From Eimeria praecox (Eukaryota): a stretch of DNA of 64,000 bases. The DNA lies in the NCBI GenBank assembly GCA_963920595.1, contig OY986948.1, positions 5,394,001 through 5,458,000 of the forward strand, written 5' to 3'. This document shows positions 1 to 13,000 of the stretch, piece by piece; within the stretch, counting starts at the first letter, position 1; every line of letters begins with the position of its first letter. Under the pieces are notes generated by a model, which did no database searches, was not told the origin of the DNA, and saw nothing but the letters and a program-made list of their open reading frames with translations. Position numbers and translations under genes: made by a program.

Positions 1-9
1 CATCGCTGT

Positions 10-3000
10 GTGCTAATAGGAGGATGTGGTGATAGGAGTACAGTCAGTGTTTGGCAGATAGGTAGAGGGTTTGCATGCGTGGGCGTGGAGGTTTCTGCAT
101 ATGCGGCACGCGCATGTACGTGCCACAGCGTGGGCAGCGTGTCGGAGCGGTTATTGGCGTTGCAGTCGGGCACGTTTCTGTCCAGGAAGTATGCACATCA
201 TTAGGTGCTATTTGTTTGGATACGCAAGGCCTGCAGGAGCTCCAATGTGTCGAAAAACGGGTGAGGCACATAAAGCCAAATCATCGTTTTTTGAGTGCAG
301 CTCTAAGCGGGCTTACATTTGTTTCTGGTCGATGGCACGCATGGTTGCTGATGCAAATCCACACAGATTTGTGGAGCTGGAGTGTGAGGGGAAGTAGGAG
401 TTCGTTTTGATCATGTTTTGCCTTCACTGAAGCATCTGTGGCGTTGCGATCTCCTGCTTGTTTGGGCAGAGAGTATGTTCATGATAGGCTGTCCGGTTGC
501 GTATATGCGGAGCGTTTGCAGACGTGAACAGAGTGTTGCAGGTTTGGCGTACGGGTAGGAAGTGCATTTTCTACTTGGAGTTATGAATGCGATCCCGTTT
601 GAGGCTGCCTTGTGGCAAGCATGGGTGGAAGCATGCAAATTGTGAAGCTGCAGTGCCGGGAGAAGTGGGACGTCGCTTTATTTTGAGTGTGTTGCTGTGG
701 GATATGTAGATGGAGGGTTGATTGGGGGCTGGGATGTTAGGGTTGGCTACAAGGCGTGGCATGAGAATCGATTGTATTGAATTGGCGAGGCGGTTTTCGA
801 GGAGCGCTATAAGCACTGGTAGGTGGCGGGACCTCACTGAGATTTGCGGCGAGTCTGTGGTAGCATTGATGATTGATCTGATTAGAAGTGACTTTCTTTT
901 CTATGCGAAAGGGGTATAGCAGTTACAGGGTCTCAGCGGAGTAACACTTTAGGATGCATTGCTCTCCTCTGCACGGTGGTTGCGCAGAAGAACGCGCAAC
1001 CGACATCTTGTTGCATAGCTACTGGTTAAAACGCATGATAGGCGAGCTCATAGTGCATGTTGGTGTTAGGCGAGAATAGTTTAGCACTTTTGTGTTTGGC
1101 TTGGTTGCAATTTCTGAATGGGTGGATGATGTCCTTTCGCAGTTGCCATTTCGCGGCATGGTATTTGCAGCACCTTTCCTTAGTTCGAGGCGGCCAAGGC
1201 GTCAGAGGGCACCCTCGTACACATGCGTGATTTTTTTTTCTGTGTGTCTTAACAAGCGTTTGATTTCCGTTGTTCTTCCTTCGACCAGCGATTTGGCGAG
1301 GGTGTCCGATGCGGCCACGTGCACTGGTTTGCAGTTGATATCGAGGTTTAGCATGGCTGAGTTTCAGTGGGCAAACTCATCGCTGTGTGCTAATAGGAGG
1401 ATGTGGTGATAGGAGTACAGTCAGTGTTTGGCAGATAGGTAGATGGTTTGCATGCGTGGGCGTGGAGGTTTCTGCATATGCGGCACGCGCATGTACGTGC
1501 CACAGCGTGGGCAGCGTGTCGGAGCGGTTATTGGCGTTGCAATCGGGCACGTTTCTGTCCAGGAAGTATGCACATCATTAGGTGCTATTTGTTTGGATAC
1601 GCAAGGCCTGCAGGAGCTCCAATGTGTTTGAAAACGGGTGAGGCACATACAGCCAAATCATCGTTTTTTGAGTGCAGCTCTAAGCGGGCTTACATTTGTT
1701 TCTGGTCGATGGCACGCATGGTTGCTGATGCAAATGCACACAGATTTGTGGAGCTGGAGTGTGAGGGGAAGTAGCAGTTCGTTCTGATTATGTTTTGCCT
1801 TCACTGAAGCATCTGTGGCGTTGCGATCTCCTGCTGGTATGGGCAGAGAGTATGTTCATGATAAGCTGTCCGGTTGCGTATATGCGGAGCGCTTGCAGAC
1901 GTGAACAGAGTGTTGCAGGTTTGGCGTACGGGTAGGAAGTGCACTTTCTATTTGGACTTATGAATGCGATCCCGTTTGGGGCTGCCTTGTGGCAAGCATG
2001 GGTGGAAGCATGCAAATTGTGAAGGTGCAGTGCCGGGAGAGGTGCGACGTCGCTTTATTTTGAGTGTGCTGCTGTGGGATATGTAGATGGAGGGTTGATT
2101 GGGGGCTGGGATGTTAGGGTTGGCTACAAGGCGTGGCATGAGAATCGATTGTATTGAATTGGCGAGGCGGTTTTCGAGGAGCGCTATAAGCATTAGTAGG
2201 TGGCGGGACCTCACTGAGATTTGCGGCGAGTCTGTGGTAGCATTGATGATTGATCTGATTAGAGGTGACTTTGTTTTCTATGCGAAAGGGGTATAGCAGT
2301 TACAGGGTCTCAGCGGAGTAACACTTTAGGATGCATTGCTCTCCTCTGCACGGTGGTTGCGCAGAAGAACGCGCAACCGACATCTTGTTGCATAGCTACT
2401 GGTTAAAACGCATGATAGGCGAGCTCATAGTGCATGTTGGTGTTAGGCGAGAATAGTTTAGCACTTTTGTGTTTGGCTTGGTTGCAATTTCTGAATGGGT
2501 GGATGATGTCCTTTCGCAGTTGCCATTTCGCGGCATGGTATTTGCAGCACCTTTCCTTAGTTCGAGGCGGCCAAGGCGTCAGAGGGCACCCTCGTACACA
2601 TGCGTGATTTTTTTTTCTGTGTGTCTTAACAAGCGTTTGATTTCCGTTGTTCTTCCTTCGACCAGCGATTTGGCGAGGGTGTCCGATGCGGCCACGTGCA
2701 CTGGTTTGCAGTTGATATCGAGGTTTAGCATGGCTGAGTTGCAGTGGGCGAACTCATCGCTGTGTGCTAATAGGAGGATGTGGTGATAGGAGTACAGTCA
2801 GTGTTTGGCAGATAGGTAGATGGTTTGCATGCGTGGGCGTGGAGGTTTCTGCATATGCGGCACGCGCATGTACGTGCCACAGCGTGGGCAGCGTGTCGGA
2901 GCGGTTATTGGCGTTGCAATCGGGCACGTTTCTGTCCAGGAAGTATGCACATCATTAGGTGCTATTTGTTTGGATACGCAAGGCCTGCAGGAGCTCCAAT

Positions 3001-6000
3001 GTGTTTGAAAACGGGTGAGGCACATACAGCCAAATCATCGTTTTTTGAGTGCAGCTCTAAGCGGGCTTACATTTGTTTCTGGTCGATGGCACGCATGGTT
3101 GCTGATGCAAATGCACACAGATTTGTGGAGCTGGAGTGTGAGGGGAAGTAGGAGTTCGTTTTGATCATGTTTTGCCTTCACTGAAGCATCTGTGGCGTTG
3201 CGATCTCCTGCTTGTTTGGGCAGAGAGTATGTTCATGATAGGCTGTCCGGTTGCGTATATGCGGAGCGTTTGCAGACGTGAACAGAGTGTTGCAGGTTTG
3301 GCGTACGGGTAGGAAGTGCATTTTCTACTTGGAGTTATGAATGCGATCCCGTTTGAGGCTGCCTTGTGGCAAGCATGGGTGGAAGCATGCAAATTGTGAA
3401 GCTGCAGTGCCGGGAGAAGTGGGACGTCGCTTTATTTTGAGTGTGTTGCTGTGGGATATGTAGATGGAGGGTTGATTGGGGGCTGGGATGTTAGGGTTGG
3501 CTACAAGGCGTGGCATGAGAATCGATTGTATTGAATTGGCGAGGCGGTTTTCGAGGAGCGCTATAAGCACTGGTAGGTGGCGGGACCTCACTGAGATTTG
3601 CGGCGAGTCTGTGGTAGCATTGATGATTGATCTGATTAGAGGTGACTTTGTTTTCTATGCGAAAGGGGTATAGCAGTTACAGGGTCTCAGCGGAGTAACA
3701 CTTTAGGATGCATTGCTCTCCTCTGCACGGTGGTTGCGCAGAAGAACGCGCAACCGACATCTTGTTGCATAGCTACTGGTTAAAACGCATGATAGGCGAG
3801 CTCATAGTGCATGTTGGTGTTAGGCGAGAATAGTTTAGCACTTTTGTGTTTGGCTTGGTTGCAATTTCTGAATGGGTGGATGATGTCCTTTCGCAGTTGC
3901 CATTTCGCGGCATGGTATTTGCAGCACCTTTCCTTAGTTCGAGGCGGCCAAGGCGTCAGAGGGCACCCTCGTACACATGCGTGATTTTTTTTTCTGTGTG
4001 TCTTAACAAGCGTTTGATTTCCGTTGTTCTTCCCTCGACCAGCGATTTGGCGAGGGTGTCCGATGCGGCCACGTGCACTGGTTTGCAGTTGATATCGAGG
4101 TTTAGCATGGCTGAGTTTCAGTGGGCGAACTCATCGCTGTGTGCTAATAGGAGGATGTGGTGATAGGAGTACAGTCAGTGTTTGGCAGATAGGTAGATGG
4201 TTTGCATGCGTGGGCGTGGAGGTTTCTGCATATGCGGCACGCGCATGTACGTGCCACAGCGTGGGCAGCGTGTCGGAGCGGTTATTGGCGTTGCAATCGG
4301 GCACGTTTCTGTCCAGGAAGTATGCACATCATTAGGTGCTATTTGTTTGGATACGCAAGGCCTGCAGAAGCTCCAATGTGTTGAAAAACGGGTGAGGCAC
4401 ATAAAGCCAAATCATCGTTTTTTGAGTGCAGCTCTAAGCGGGCTTACATTTGTTTCTGGTCGATGGCACGCATGGTTGCTGATGCAAATGCACACAGATT
4501 TGTGGAGCTGGAGTGTGAGGGGAAGTAGCAGTTCGTTCTGATTATGTTTTGCCTTCACTGAAGCATCTGTGGCGTTGCGATCTCCTGCTGGTATGGGCAG
4601 AGAGTATGTTCATGATAAGCTGTCCGGTTGCGTATATGCGGAGCGCTTGCAGACGTGAACAGAGTGTTGCAGGTTTGGCGTACGGGTAGGAAGTGCACTT
4701 TCTATTTGGAGTTATGAATGCGATCCCGTTTGGGGCTGCCTTGTGGCAAGCATGGGTGGAAGCATGCAAATTGTGAAGGTGCAGTGCCGGGAGAGGTGCG
4801 ACGTCGCTTTATTTTGAGTGTGCTGCTGTGGGATATGTAGATGGAGGGTTGATTGGGGGCTGGGATGTTAGGGTTGGCTACAAGGCGTGGCATGAGAATC
4901 GATTGTATTGAATTGGCGAGGCGGTTTTCGAGGAGCGCTATAAGCATTAGTAGGTGGCGGGACCTCACTGAGATTTGCGGCGAGTCTGTGGTAGCATTGA
5001 TGATTGATCTGATTAGAGGTGACTTTGTTTTCTATGCGAAAGGGGTATAGCAGTTACAGGGTCTCAGCGGAGTAACACTTTAGGATGCATTGCTCTCCTC
5101 TGCACGGTGGTTGCGCAGAAGAACGCGCAACCGACATCTTGTTGCATAGCTACTGGTTAAAACGCATGATAGGCGAGCTCATAGTGCATGTTGGTGTTAG
5201 GCGAGAATAGTTTAGCACTTTTGTGTTTGGCTTGGTTGCAATTTCTGAATGGGTGGATGATGTCCTTTCGCAGTTGCCATTTCGCGGCATGGTATTTGCA
5301 GCACCTTTCCTTAGTTCGAGGCGGCCAAGGCGTCAGAGGGCACCCTCGTACACATGCGTGATTTTTTTTTCTGTGTGTCTTAACAAGCGTTTGATTTCCG
5401 TTGTTCTTCCTTCGACCAGCGATTTGGCGAGGGTGTCCGATGCGGCCACGTGCACTGGTTTGCAGTTGATATCGAGGTTTAGCATGGCTGAGTTTCAGTG
5501 GGCAAACTCATCGCTGTGTGCTAATAGGAGGATGTGGTGATAGGAGTACAGTCAGTGTTTGGCAGATAGGTAGATGGTTTGCATGCGTGGGCGTGGAGGT
5601 TTCTGCATATGCGGCACGCGCATGTACGTGCCACAGCGTGGGCAGCGTGTCGGAGCGGTTATTGGCGTTGCAATCGGGCACGTTTCTGTCCAGGAAGTAT
5701 GCACATCATTAGGTGCTATTTGTTTGGATACGCAAGGCCTGCAGGAGCTCCAATGTGTTTGAAAACGGGTGAGGCACATACAGCCAAATCATCGTTTTTT
5801 GAGTGCAGCTCTAAGCGGGCTTACATTTGTTTCTGGTCGATGGCACGCATGGTTGCTGATGCAAATGCACACAGATTTGTGGAGCTGGAGTGTGAGGGGA
5901 AGTAGGAGTTCGTTCTGATTATGTTTTGCCTTCACTGAAGCATCTGTGGCGTTGCGATCTCCTGCTGGTATGGGCAGAGAGTATGTTCATGATAAGCTGT

Positions 6001-6894
6001 CCGGTTGCGTATATGCGGAGCGCTTGCAGACGTGAACAGAGTGTTGCAGGTTTGGCGTACGGGTAGGAAGTGCACTTTCTATTTGGAGTTATGAATGCGA
6101 TCCCGTTTGGGGCTGCCTTGTGGCAAGCATGGGTGGAAGCATGCAAATTGTGAAGCTGCAGTGCCGGGAGAGGTGCGACGTCGCTTTATTTTGAGTGTGC
6201 TGCTGTGGGATATGTAGATGGAGGGTTGATTGGGGGCTGGGATGTTAGGGTTGGCTACAAGGCGTGGCATGAGAATCGATTGTATTGAATTGGCGAGGCG
6301 GTTTTCGAGGAGCGCTATAAGCATTAGTAGGTGGCGGGACCTCACTGAGATTTGCGGCGAGTCTGTGGTAGCATTGATGATTGATCTGATTAGAGGTGAC
6401 TTTGTTTTCTATGCGAAAGGGGTATAGCAGTTACAGGGTCTCAGCGGAGTAACACTTTAGGATGCATTGCTCTCCTCTGCACGGTGGTTGCGCAGAAGAA
6501 CGCGCAACCGACATCTTGTTGCATAGCTACTGGTTAAAACGCATGATAGGCGAGCTCATAGTGCATGTTGGTGTTAGGCGAGAATAGTTTAGCACTTTTG
6601 TGTTTGGCTTGGTTGCAATTTCTGAATGGGTGGATGATGTCCTTTCGCAGTTGCCATTTCGCGGCATGGTATTTGCAGCACCTTTCCTTAGTTCGAGGCG
6701 GCCAAGGCGTCAGAGGGCACCCTGGTGCACATGGGCGATATTACTTTCTTTGTGTCTTAACAAGCGTTTGATTTCCGTTGTTCTTCCTTCAACCAGCGAT
6801 TTGGCGAGGGTGTCCGATGCGGCCACGTGCACTGGTTTGCAGTTGATATCGAGGTTTAGCATGGCTGAGGTGCAGTGGGCGAACTCATCGCTGT
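10..6894. repeat. Five near-identical 1377-bp units (type A)
   Basis: Exact 1377-bp anchor spacing five times; differences seen are mostly substitutions. Confidence 0.97.
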
Positions 6895-8074
6895 GTGCTA
6901 ATAGGAGGATGTGGTGATAGGAGTACAGTCAGTGTTTGGCAGATAGGTAGAGGGTTTGTATGCGTGGGCGTGGAGGTTTCTGCATATGCGGCACGCGCAT
7001 GTACGTGCCACAGCGTGGGCAGCGTGTCGGAGCGGTTATTGGCGTTGCAATCGGGCACGTTTCTGTCCAGGAAGTATGCACATCATTAGGTGCTATTTGT
7101 TTGGATACGCAAGGCCCGCAGGAGCCCCAAAGCCTTGTATAATGGGTGAGGCACATACAGTCAAATCATCGTTTTTGAGTACAACTATAAGTGTGCTTAG
7201 ATTTGTTTCTGCTGGACGGAACACATGGGTGCTCATGCAAGTCCACACAGATTTGTGGAGCTGGAGTGTGAGGGGAAGTATTAGTTCGTTTTGAACGTGT
7301 TTTGCATTCTCTGGGGCGGCGCCATAGAGCTGTAGATATGCATGTGGTAGACAAGATCTGGCATTACAGTCGGTGTTAGTACATGTGCGAGGCAGTATAT
7401 GAGCGGCGCTATGGATGGTAGGTGGTGGTGGGCCCTCATTGAGATGCATGCTGAACGTCTACCTCCATTTGCGGTTGGTTTGGCTATACCTGATGGTTTT
7501 GGTTCTGGGCGGACGGGAATATTTGGGAAGGGTGCATGATGCGGTTAGGTGCAGTGGTTTGCAGTAGATATCAAGTTTTGGCATGGTTGAGTTGCAGTGG
7601 GCGAACTCAGCTCTGTGTGCTAATATGTGTGTCTGTTGCTAAGAGTATAGGCAGTGTTTGGCCGATAGGTAGAGGGCTTGCATGCTTCGAAGTCGAGGTT
7701 TGTACAGCTTATGTGCGTAGTTCATCGCAAGGGGCGTGGGGAAGGGATCTGTGGCGTTGCGATTGCGTGCTGGTTTGTGCAGAGAGTATGTCCATGATAG
7801 GCTTCCCGGTTGCGCATATGCAGAGCGTTTGGAAAGATGACGAGTGTGTAGCCGGTTCGAAGTGCTGGAGGCAAGTGCATTTTCTACGTGCAGTAGTGAA
7901 TGCTATTCTGTTTAAGGCTGTCTGGTGGCAAGCATAGGCGGGCGCGTTCAAATTGTGAAGCTGCAGTGCCGACCAGCGATTGGGCGAGGGTGTCCGATGG
8001 GGCCACGTGCACTGGTTTGCAGTTGATATCGAGGTTTAGCATGGCTGAGGTGCAGTGGGCTAACTCATCTCTGT
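6895..8074. repeat. 1180-bp variant unit (type B); further copies at 9882-11029 (1148 bp) and 13785-14965 (1181 bp)
   Basis: Carries a ~430-bp block absent from type A and the junction CTGCAGTGCCGACCAGCGATT (7961), which skips ~627 bp present in type A. Confidence 0.92.
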
Positions 8075-9881
8075 GTGCTAATAGGAGGATGTGCTGATAG
8101 GAGTACAGTCAGTGTTTGGCAGATAGGTAGAGGGTTTGCATGCGTGGGCGTGGAGGCTTGTACATATGCGGCACGCGCATGTACGTGCCACAGCGTGGGC
8201 AGCGTGTCGGAGCGGTTATTGGCGTTGCAATCGGGCACGTTTCTGTCCAGGAAGTATGCACATCATTATGTGCTATTTGTTTGGGTACGCAAGGCCCGCA
8301 GGAGCCCCAAAGCCTTGTATAATGGGTGAGGCACATACAGCCAAATCATCGTTTTTGAGTACAACTATAAGTGTGCTTAGATTTGTTTCTGCTGGACGGA
8401 ACACATGGGTGCTCATGCAAGTCCACACAGATTTGTGGAGCTGGAGTGTGAGGGGAAGTATTAGTTCGTTTTGAACGTGTTTTGCATTCTCTGGAGCGGC
8501 GCCATAGAGCTGTAGATGTGCATGTGGTAGACAAGATCTGGCATTACAGTCGGTGTTAGTACATGTGCGAGGCAGTATATGAGCGGCGCTATGGATGGTA
8601 GGTGGTGGTGGGCCCTCATTGAGATGTATGCTGAACGTCTACCTCCATTTGCGGTTGGTTTGACTATACCTGATGGTTTTGGTTCTGGGCGGACGGGAAT
8701 ATTTGGGAAGGGTGCATGATGCGGTTAGGTGCAGTGGTTTGCAGTAGATATCAAGTTTTGGCATGGTTGAGTTGCAGTGGGCGAACTCAGCTCTGTGTGC
8801 TAATATGTGTGTCTGTTGCTAAGAGTATAGGCAGTGTTTGGCCGATAGGTAGAGGGCTTGCATGCTTCGAAGTCGAGGTTTGTACAGCTTATGTGCGTAG
8901 TTCATCGCAAGGGGCGTGGGGAAGGGATCTGTGGCGTTGCGACTGCGTGCTGGTTTGTGCAGAGAGTATGTTCATGATAGGCTGCTCGGTTGCGTACGTA
9001 AGGAGCGTTTGGAAACACGAATGGTCTGTAGCAGTTTCGAAATGCGGGGCCCAAGGGAAAGTTTGCATGCATTAGTGAATTCTATTCCGTTTGAAGCTGC
9101 CTTGTTGCATGCATGGGTGGACGTGTGCAAATTGTGAAGCTGTAGTGCCGGTAGATGTGCGGGGTCGCTTTATTTTGACTGCGTTCCTGTCTTATATCTA
9201 GATAGAGGGTTGACGGGAGGCTGTGACATTGGGTTTGTGGACAACGCGTGGCATTATAAGTGATTTTATTGAATTGGGGAGGCCGTTTTCGAGGAGCGCA
9301 ATGCGCGTTGGTATGCGGCGGTAGCTCACTGAGATTTACTCTGACCGCGTCAGAGCATTGGCGATTAGTTTGATTAGAGATGATGGTGGCTTTTCTGTGG
9401 GGGCGGGAAAAGTGGAGACCGGCTGGCGGCGGAGGACCACCTTATTATGGATTGCTCTAATGGGGATGGCGGGTGTACAAAAGAACGCAGAACAGAATAT
9501 GTTGCTCCGTAGCGACTCGTTAAAACGAACGACAGCCGGCACATGGCGGATAGATGTATTAGGTGATAAAAAGTTTAGAAGTTTTGTGTTCGGATTAGTT
9601 GCAATTTCTGAATGGGTGGATGATGCCCTTGCGCAGTTGCCGCTTCGCGGCATGATGCTTTGCAGCACCCTTGTGTAGTGCCAGGCGGCCAAGGCGTCAT
9701 AGGGCACCGTGCTACACATGTGCGATACTATTTTCTGTGTGTCTTAAGAAGCGTTTGATTTCAGTTGTTCTTCCTTCGACCAGCGATTTGGCGAGGGTGC
9801 CCGATGCGGCCACGTGCACTGGTTTGCAGTTGATATCAATGTTTGGCATGGCTGAGTTGCAGTGGGCAAACTCATCTCTGT
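8075..9881. repeat. 1807-bp long variant unit (type C), single copy
   Basis: Contains both the B-specific block (8498-8926) and a diverged counterpart of the A-specific block (9151-9778). Confidence 0.9.
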
Positions 9882-10096
9882 GTGCTAATAGGAGGATGTG
9901 CTGATAGGAGTACAGTCAGTGTTTGGCAGATAGGTAGAGGGTTCGCATGCGTGGGCGTGGAGGTTTGTGCATACGCGGCCCGCGCATGTACGTGCCACAG
10001 TGTGGGCAGCGTGTCGGAGCGGTTATTGGTGTTGCAGTCGGGCGCGTTTGTGTCCCAGGAAGGAAAGGCCCGCGGCAGCTCAACCATCCTGTAAAC

Positions 10097-13000
10097 TGGG
10101 TGAGGCACATACAGCCAAATCATGGTTTTTTGAGTACAACTATAAGTGTGCTTAGATTTGTTTCTGCTGGACGGAACACATGGGTGCTCATGCAAGTCCA
10201 CACAGATTTGTGGAGCTGGAGTGTGAGGGGAAGTATTAGTTCGTTTTGAACGTGTTTTGCATTCTCTGGAGCGGCGCCATAGAGCTGTAGATATGCATGT
10301 GGTAGACAAGATCTGGCATTACAGTCGGTGTTAGTACATGTGTGAGGCAGTATATGAGCGGCGCTATGGATGGTAGGTGGTGGTGGGCCCTCATTGAGAT
10401 GTATGCTGAACGTCTACCTCCATTTGCGGTTGGTTTGGCTATACCTGATAGTTTTGGTTCTGGGCGGACGGGAATATTTGGGAAGGGTGCATGATGCGGT
10501 TAGGTGCAGTGGTTTGCAGTAGATATCAAGTTTTGGCATGGTTGAGTTGCAGTGGGCGAACTCAGCTCTGTGTGCTAATATGTGTGTCTGTTGCTAAGAG
10601 TATAGGCAGTGTTTGGCCGATAGGTAGAGGGCTTGCATGCTTCGAAGTCGAGGTTTGTACAGCTTATGTGCGTAGTTCATCGCAAGGGGCGTGGGGAAGG
10701 GATCTGTGGCGTTGCGATTGCGTGCTGGTTTGTGCAGAGAGTATGTTCATGATAGGCTGCCCGGTTGCGCATATGCAGAGCGTTTGGAAAGATGACGAGT
10801 GTGTAGCCGGTTCGAAGTGCTGGAGACAAGTGCATTTCCTACGTGCAGCAGTGAATGCTATTCTGTTTCAGGCTGTCTGGTGGCAAGCATAGGCGGGCGC
10901 GTTCAAATTGTGAAGCTGCAGTGCCGACCAGCGATTGGGCGAGGGTGTCCGATGGGGCCACGTGCACTGGTTTGCAGTTGATATCGAGGTTTAGCATGGC
11001 TGAGGTGCAGTGGGCTAACTCATCGCTGTGTGCTAATAGGAGGATGTGCTGATAGGAGTACAGTCAGTGTTTGGCAGATAGGTAGAGGGTTTGCATGCGT
11101 GGGCGTGGAGGTTTCTGCATATGCGGCACGCGCATGTACGTGCCACAGCGTGGGCAGCGTGTCGGAGCGGTTATTGGCGTTGCAATCGGGCACGTTTCTG
11201 TCCAGGAAGTATGCACATCATTATGTGCTATTTGTTTGGATACGCAAGGCCTGCAGAAGCTCCAATGTGTTTGAAAATGGGTGAGGCACATAAAGCCAAA
11301 TCATCGTTTTTTGAGTGCAGCTCTAAGCGGGCTTACATTTGTTTCTGGTCGATGGCATGCATGGTTGCTGATGCAAATGCACACAGATTTGTGGAGCTGG
11401 AGTGTGAGGGGAAGTAGGAGTTCGTTTTGATTATGTTTTGCCTTCACTGAAGCATCTGTGGCATTGCAATCTCCTGCTGGTATGGGCAGAGAGCATGTTC
11501 ATGATAAGCTGTCCGGTTGCGTATATGCGGGACGTTTGCAGACGTGAACACAGTGTTGCAGGTTTGGCGTACGGGTAGGAAGTGCATTTTCTACTTGGAG
11601 TTATGAATGCGATCCCGTTTGAGGCTGCCTTGTGGCAAGCATGGGTGGAAGCATGCAAATTGTGAAGCTGCAGTGCCGGGAGAGGTGCGACGTCGCTTTA
11701 GTTTGAGTGTGTTGCTGTGGGATATGTAGATGGAGGGTTGATTGGGGGCTGGGATGTTAGGGTTGGCTACAAGGCGTGGCATGAGAATCGATTGTATTGA
11801 ATTGGCGAGGCGGTTTTCGAGGAGCGCTATAAGCACTGGTAGGTGGCGGGACCTCATTGAGGTTTGCGGCGAGTCTGTGGTAGCATTGATGATTGATCTG
11901 ATTAGAGGTGACTTTGTTTTCTATGCGAAAGGGGTATAGCAGTTACAGGGTCTCAGCGGAGTAACACTTTAGGATGCATTGCTCTCCTCTGCACGGTGGT
12001 TGCGCAGAAGAACGCGCAACCGACATCTTGTTGCATAGCTACTGGTTAAAACGCATGATAGGCGAGCTCATAGTGCATGTTGGTGTTAGGCGAGAATAGT
12101 TTAGCACTTTTGTGTTTGGCTTGGTTGCAATTTCTGAATGAGTGGATGATGTCCTTGCGCAGTTGCCATTTGACGGCATGGTGTTTGCAGCACCGTTCCT
12201 TAGTTCGAGATGGCCAGAGCGTCACAGGGCACCCTGGTGCACATGGGCGATATTACTTTCTTTGTGTCTTAACAAGCGTTTGATTTCCGTTGTTCTTCCT
12301 TCAACCAGCGATTTGGCGAGGGTGTCCGATGGAGCCACGTGCACTGGTTTGCAGTTGATATCGAGGTTTAGCATGGCTGAGTTGCAGTGGGCTAACTCAT
12401 CTCTGTGTGCTAATAGGAGGATGTGCTGATAGGAATACAGTCAGTGTTTGGCAGATAGGTAGAGGGTTTGCATGCGTGGGCGTGGAGGTTTCTGCATATG
12501 CGGCACGCGCATGTACGTGCCACAGCGTGGGCAGCGTGTCGGAGCGATTATTGGCGTTGCAATCGGGCACGTTTCTGTCCAGGAAGTATGCACATCATTA
12601 TGTGCTATTTGTTTGGATACGCAGGGCCTGCAGAAGCTCCAATGTGTTTGAAAATGGGTGAGGCACATAAAGCCAAATCATCGTTTTTTGAGTGCAGCTC
12701 TAAGCGGGCTTACATTTGTTCCTGGTCGATGGCACGCATGGTTGCTGATGCAAATGCACACAGATTTGTGGAGCTGGAGTGTGAGGGGAAGTAGGAGTTC
12801 GTTTTGATTATGTTTCGCCTTCACTGAAGCATCTGTGGCGTTGCGATCTCCTGCTGGTTTGGGCAGAGAGTATGTTCATGATAGGCTGTCCGGTTGCGTA
12901 TATGCGGGACGTTTGCAGACGTGAACAGAGTGTTGCAGGTTTGCCGTACGGGTAGGAAGTGCATTTTCTACTTGGAGTTATGAATGCGATCCCGTTTGAG

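Noticed and set aside
10..1386. 1377-bp unit as a 5S rRNA, snRNA, spliced-leader or histone gene repeat
   Set aside because: No recognisable 5S, U-snRNA, SL or histone sequence on either strand by eye; an Rfam search was not possible.
1335..1565. A ~215-231-nt cassette exon per monomer (TTTGCAG|TTG ... |GTATG), as in a Dscam-like exon array
   Set aside because: The upstream AG is lost in most HOR monomers (CTG, CAT, TTG), lengths are not frame-consistent (231 vs 215), and no conserved peptide or Ig-like pattern is seen.
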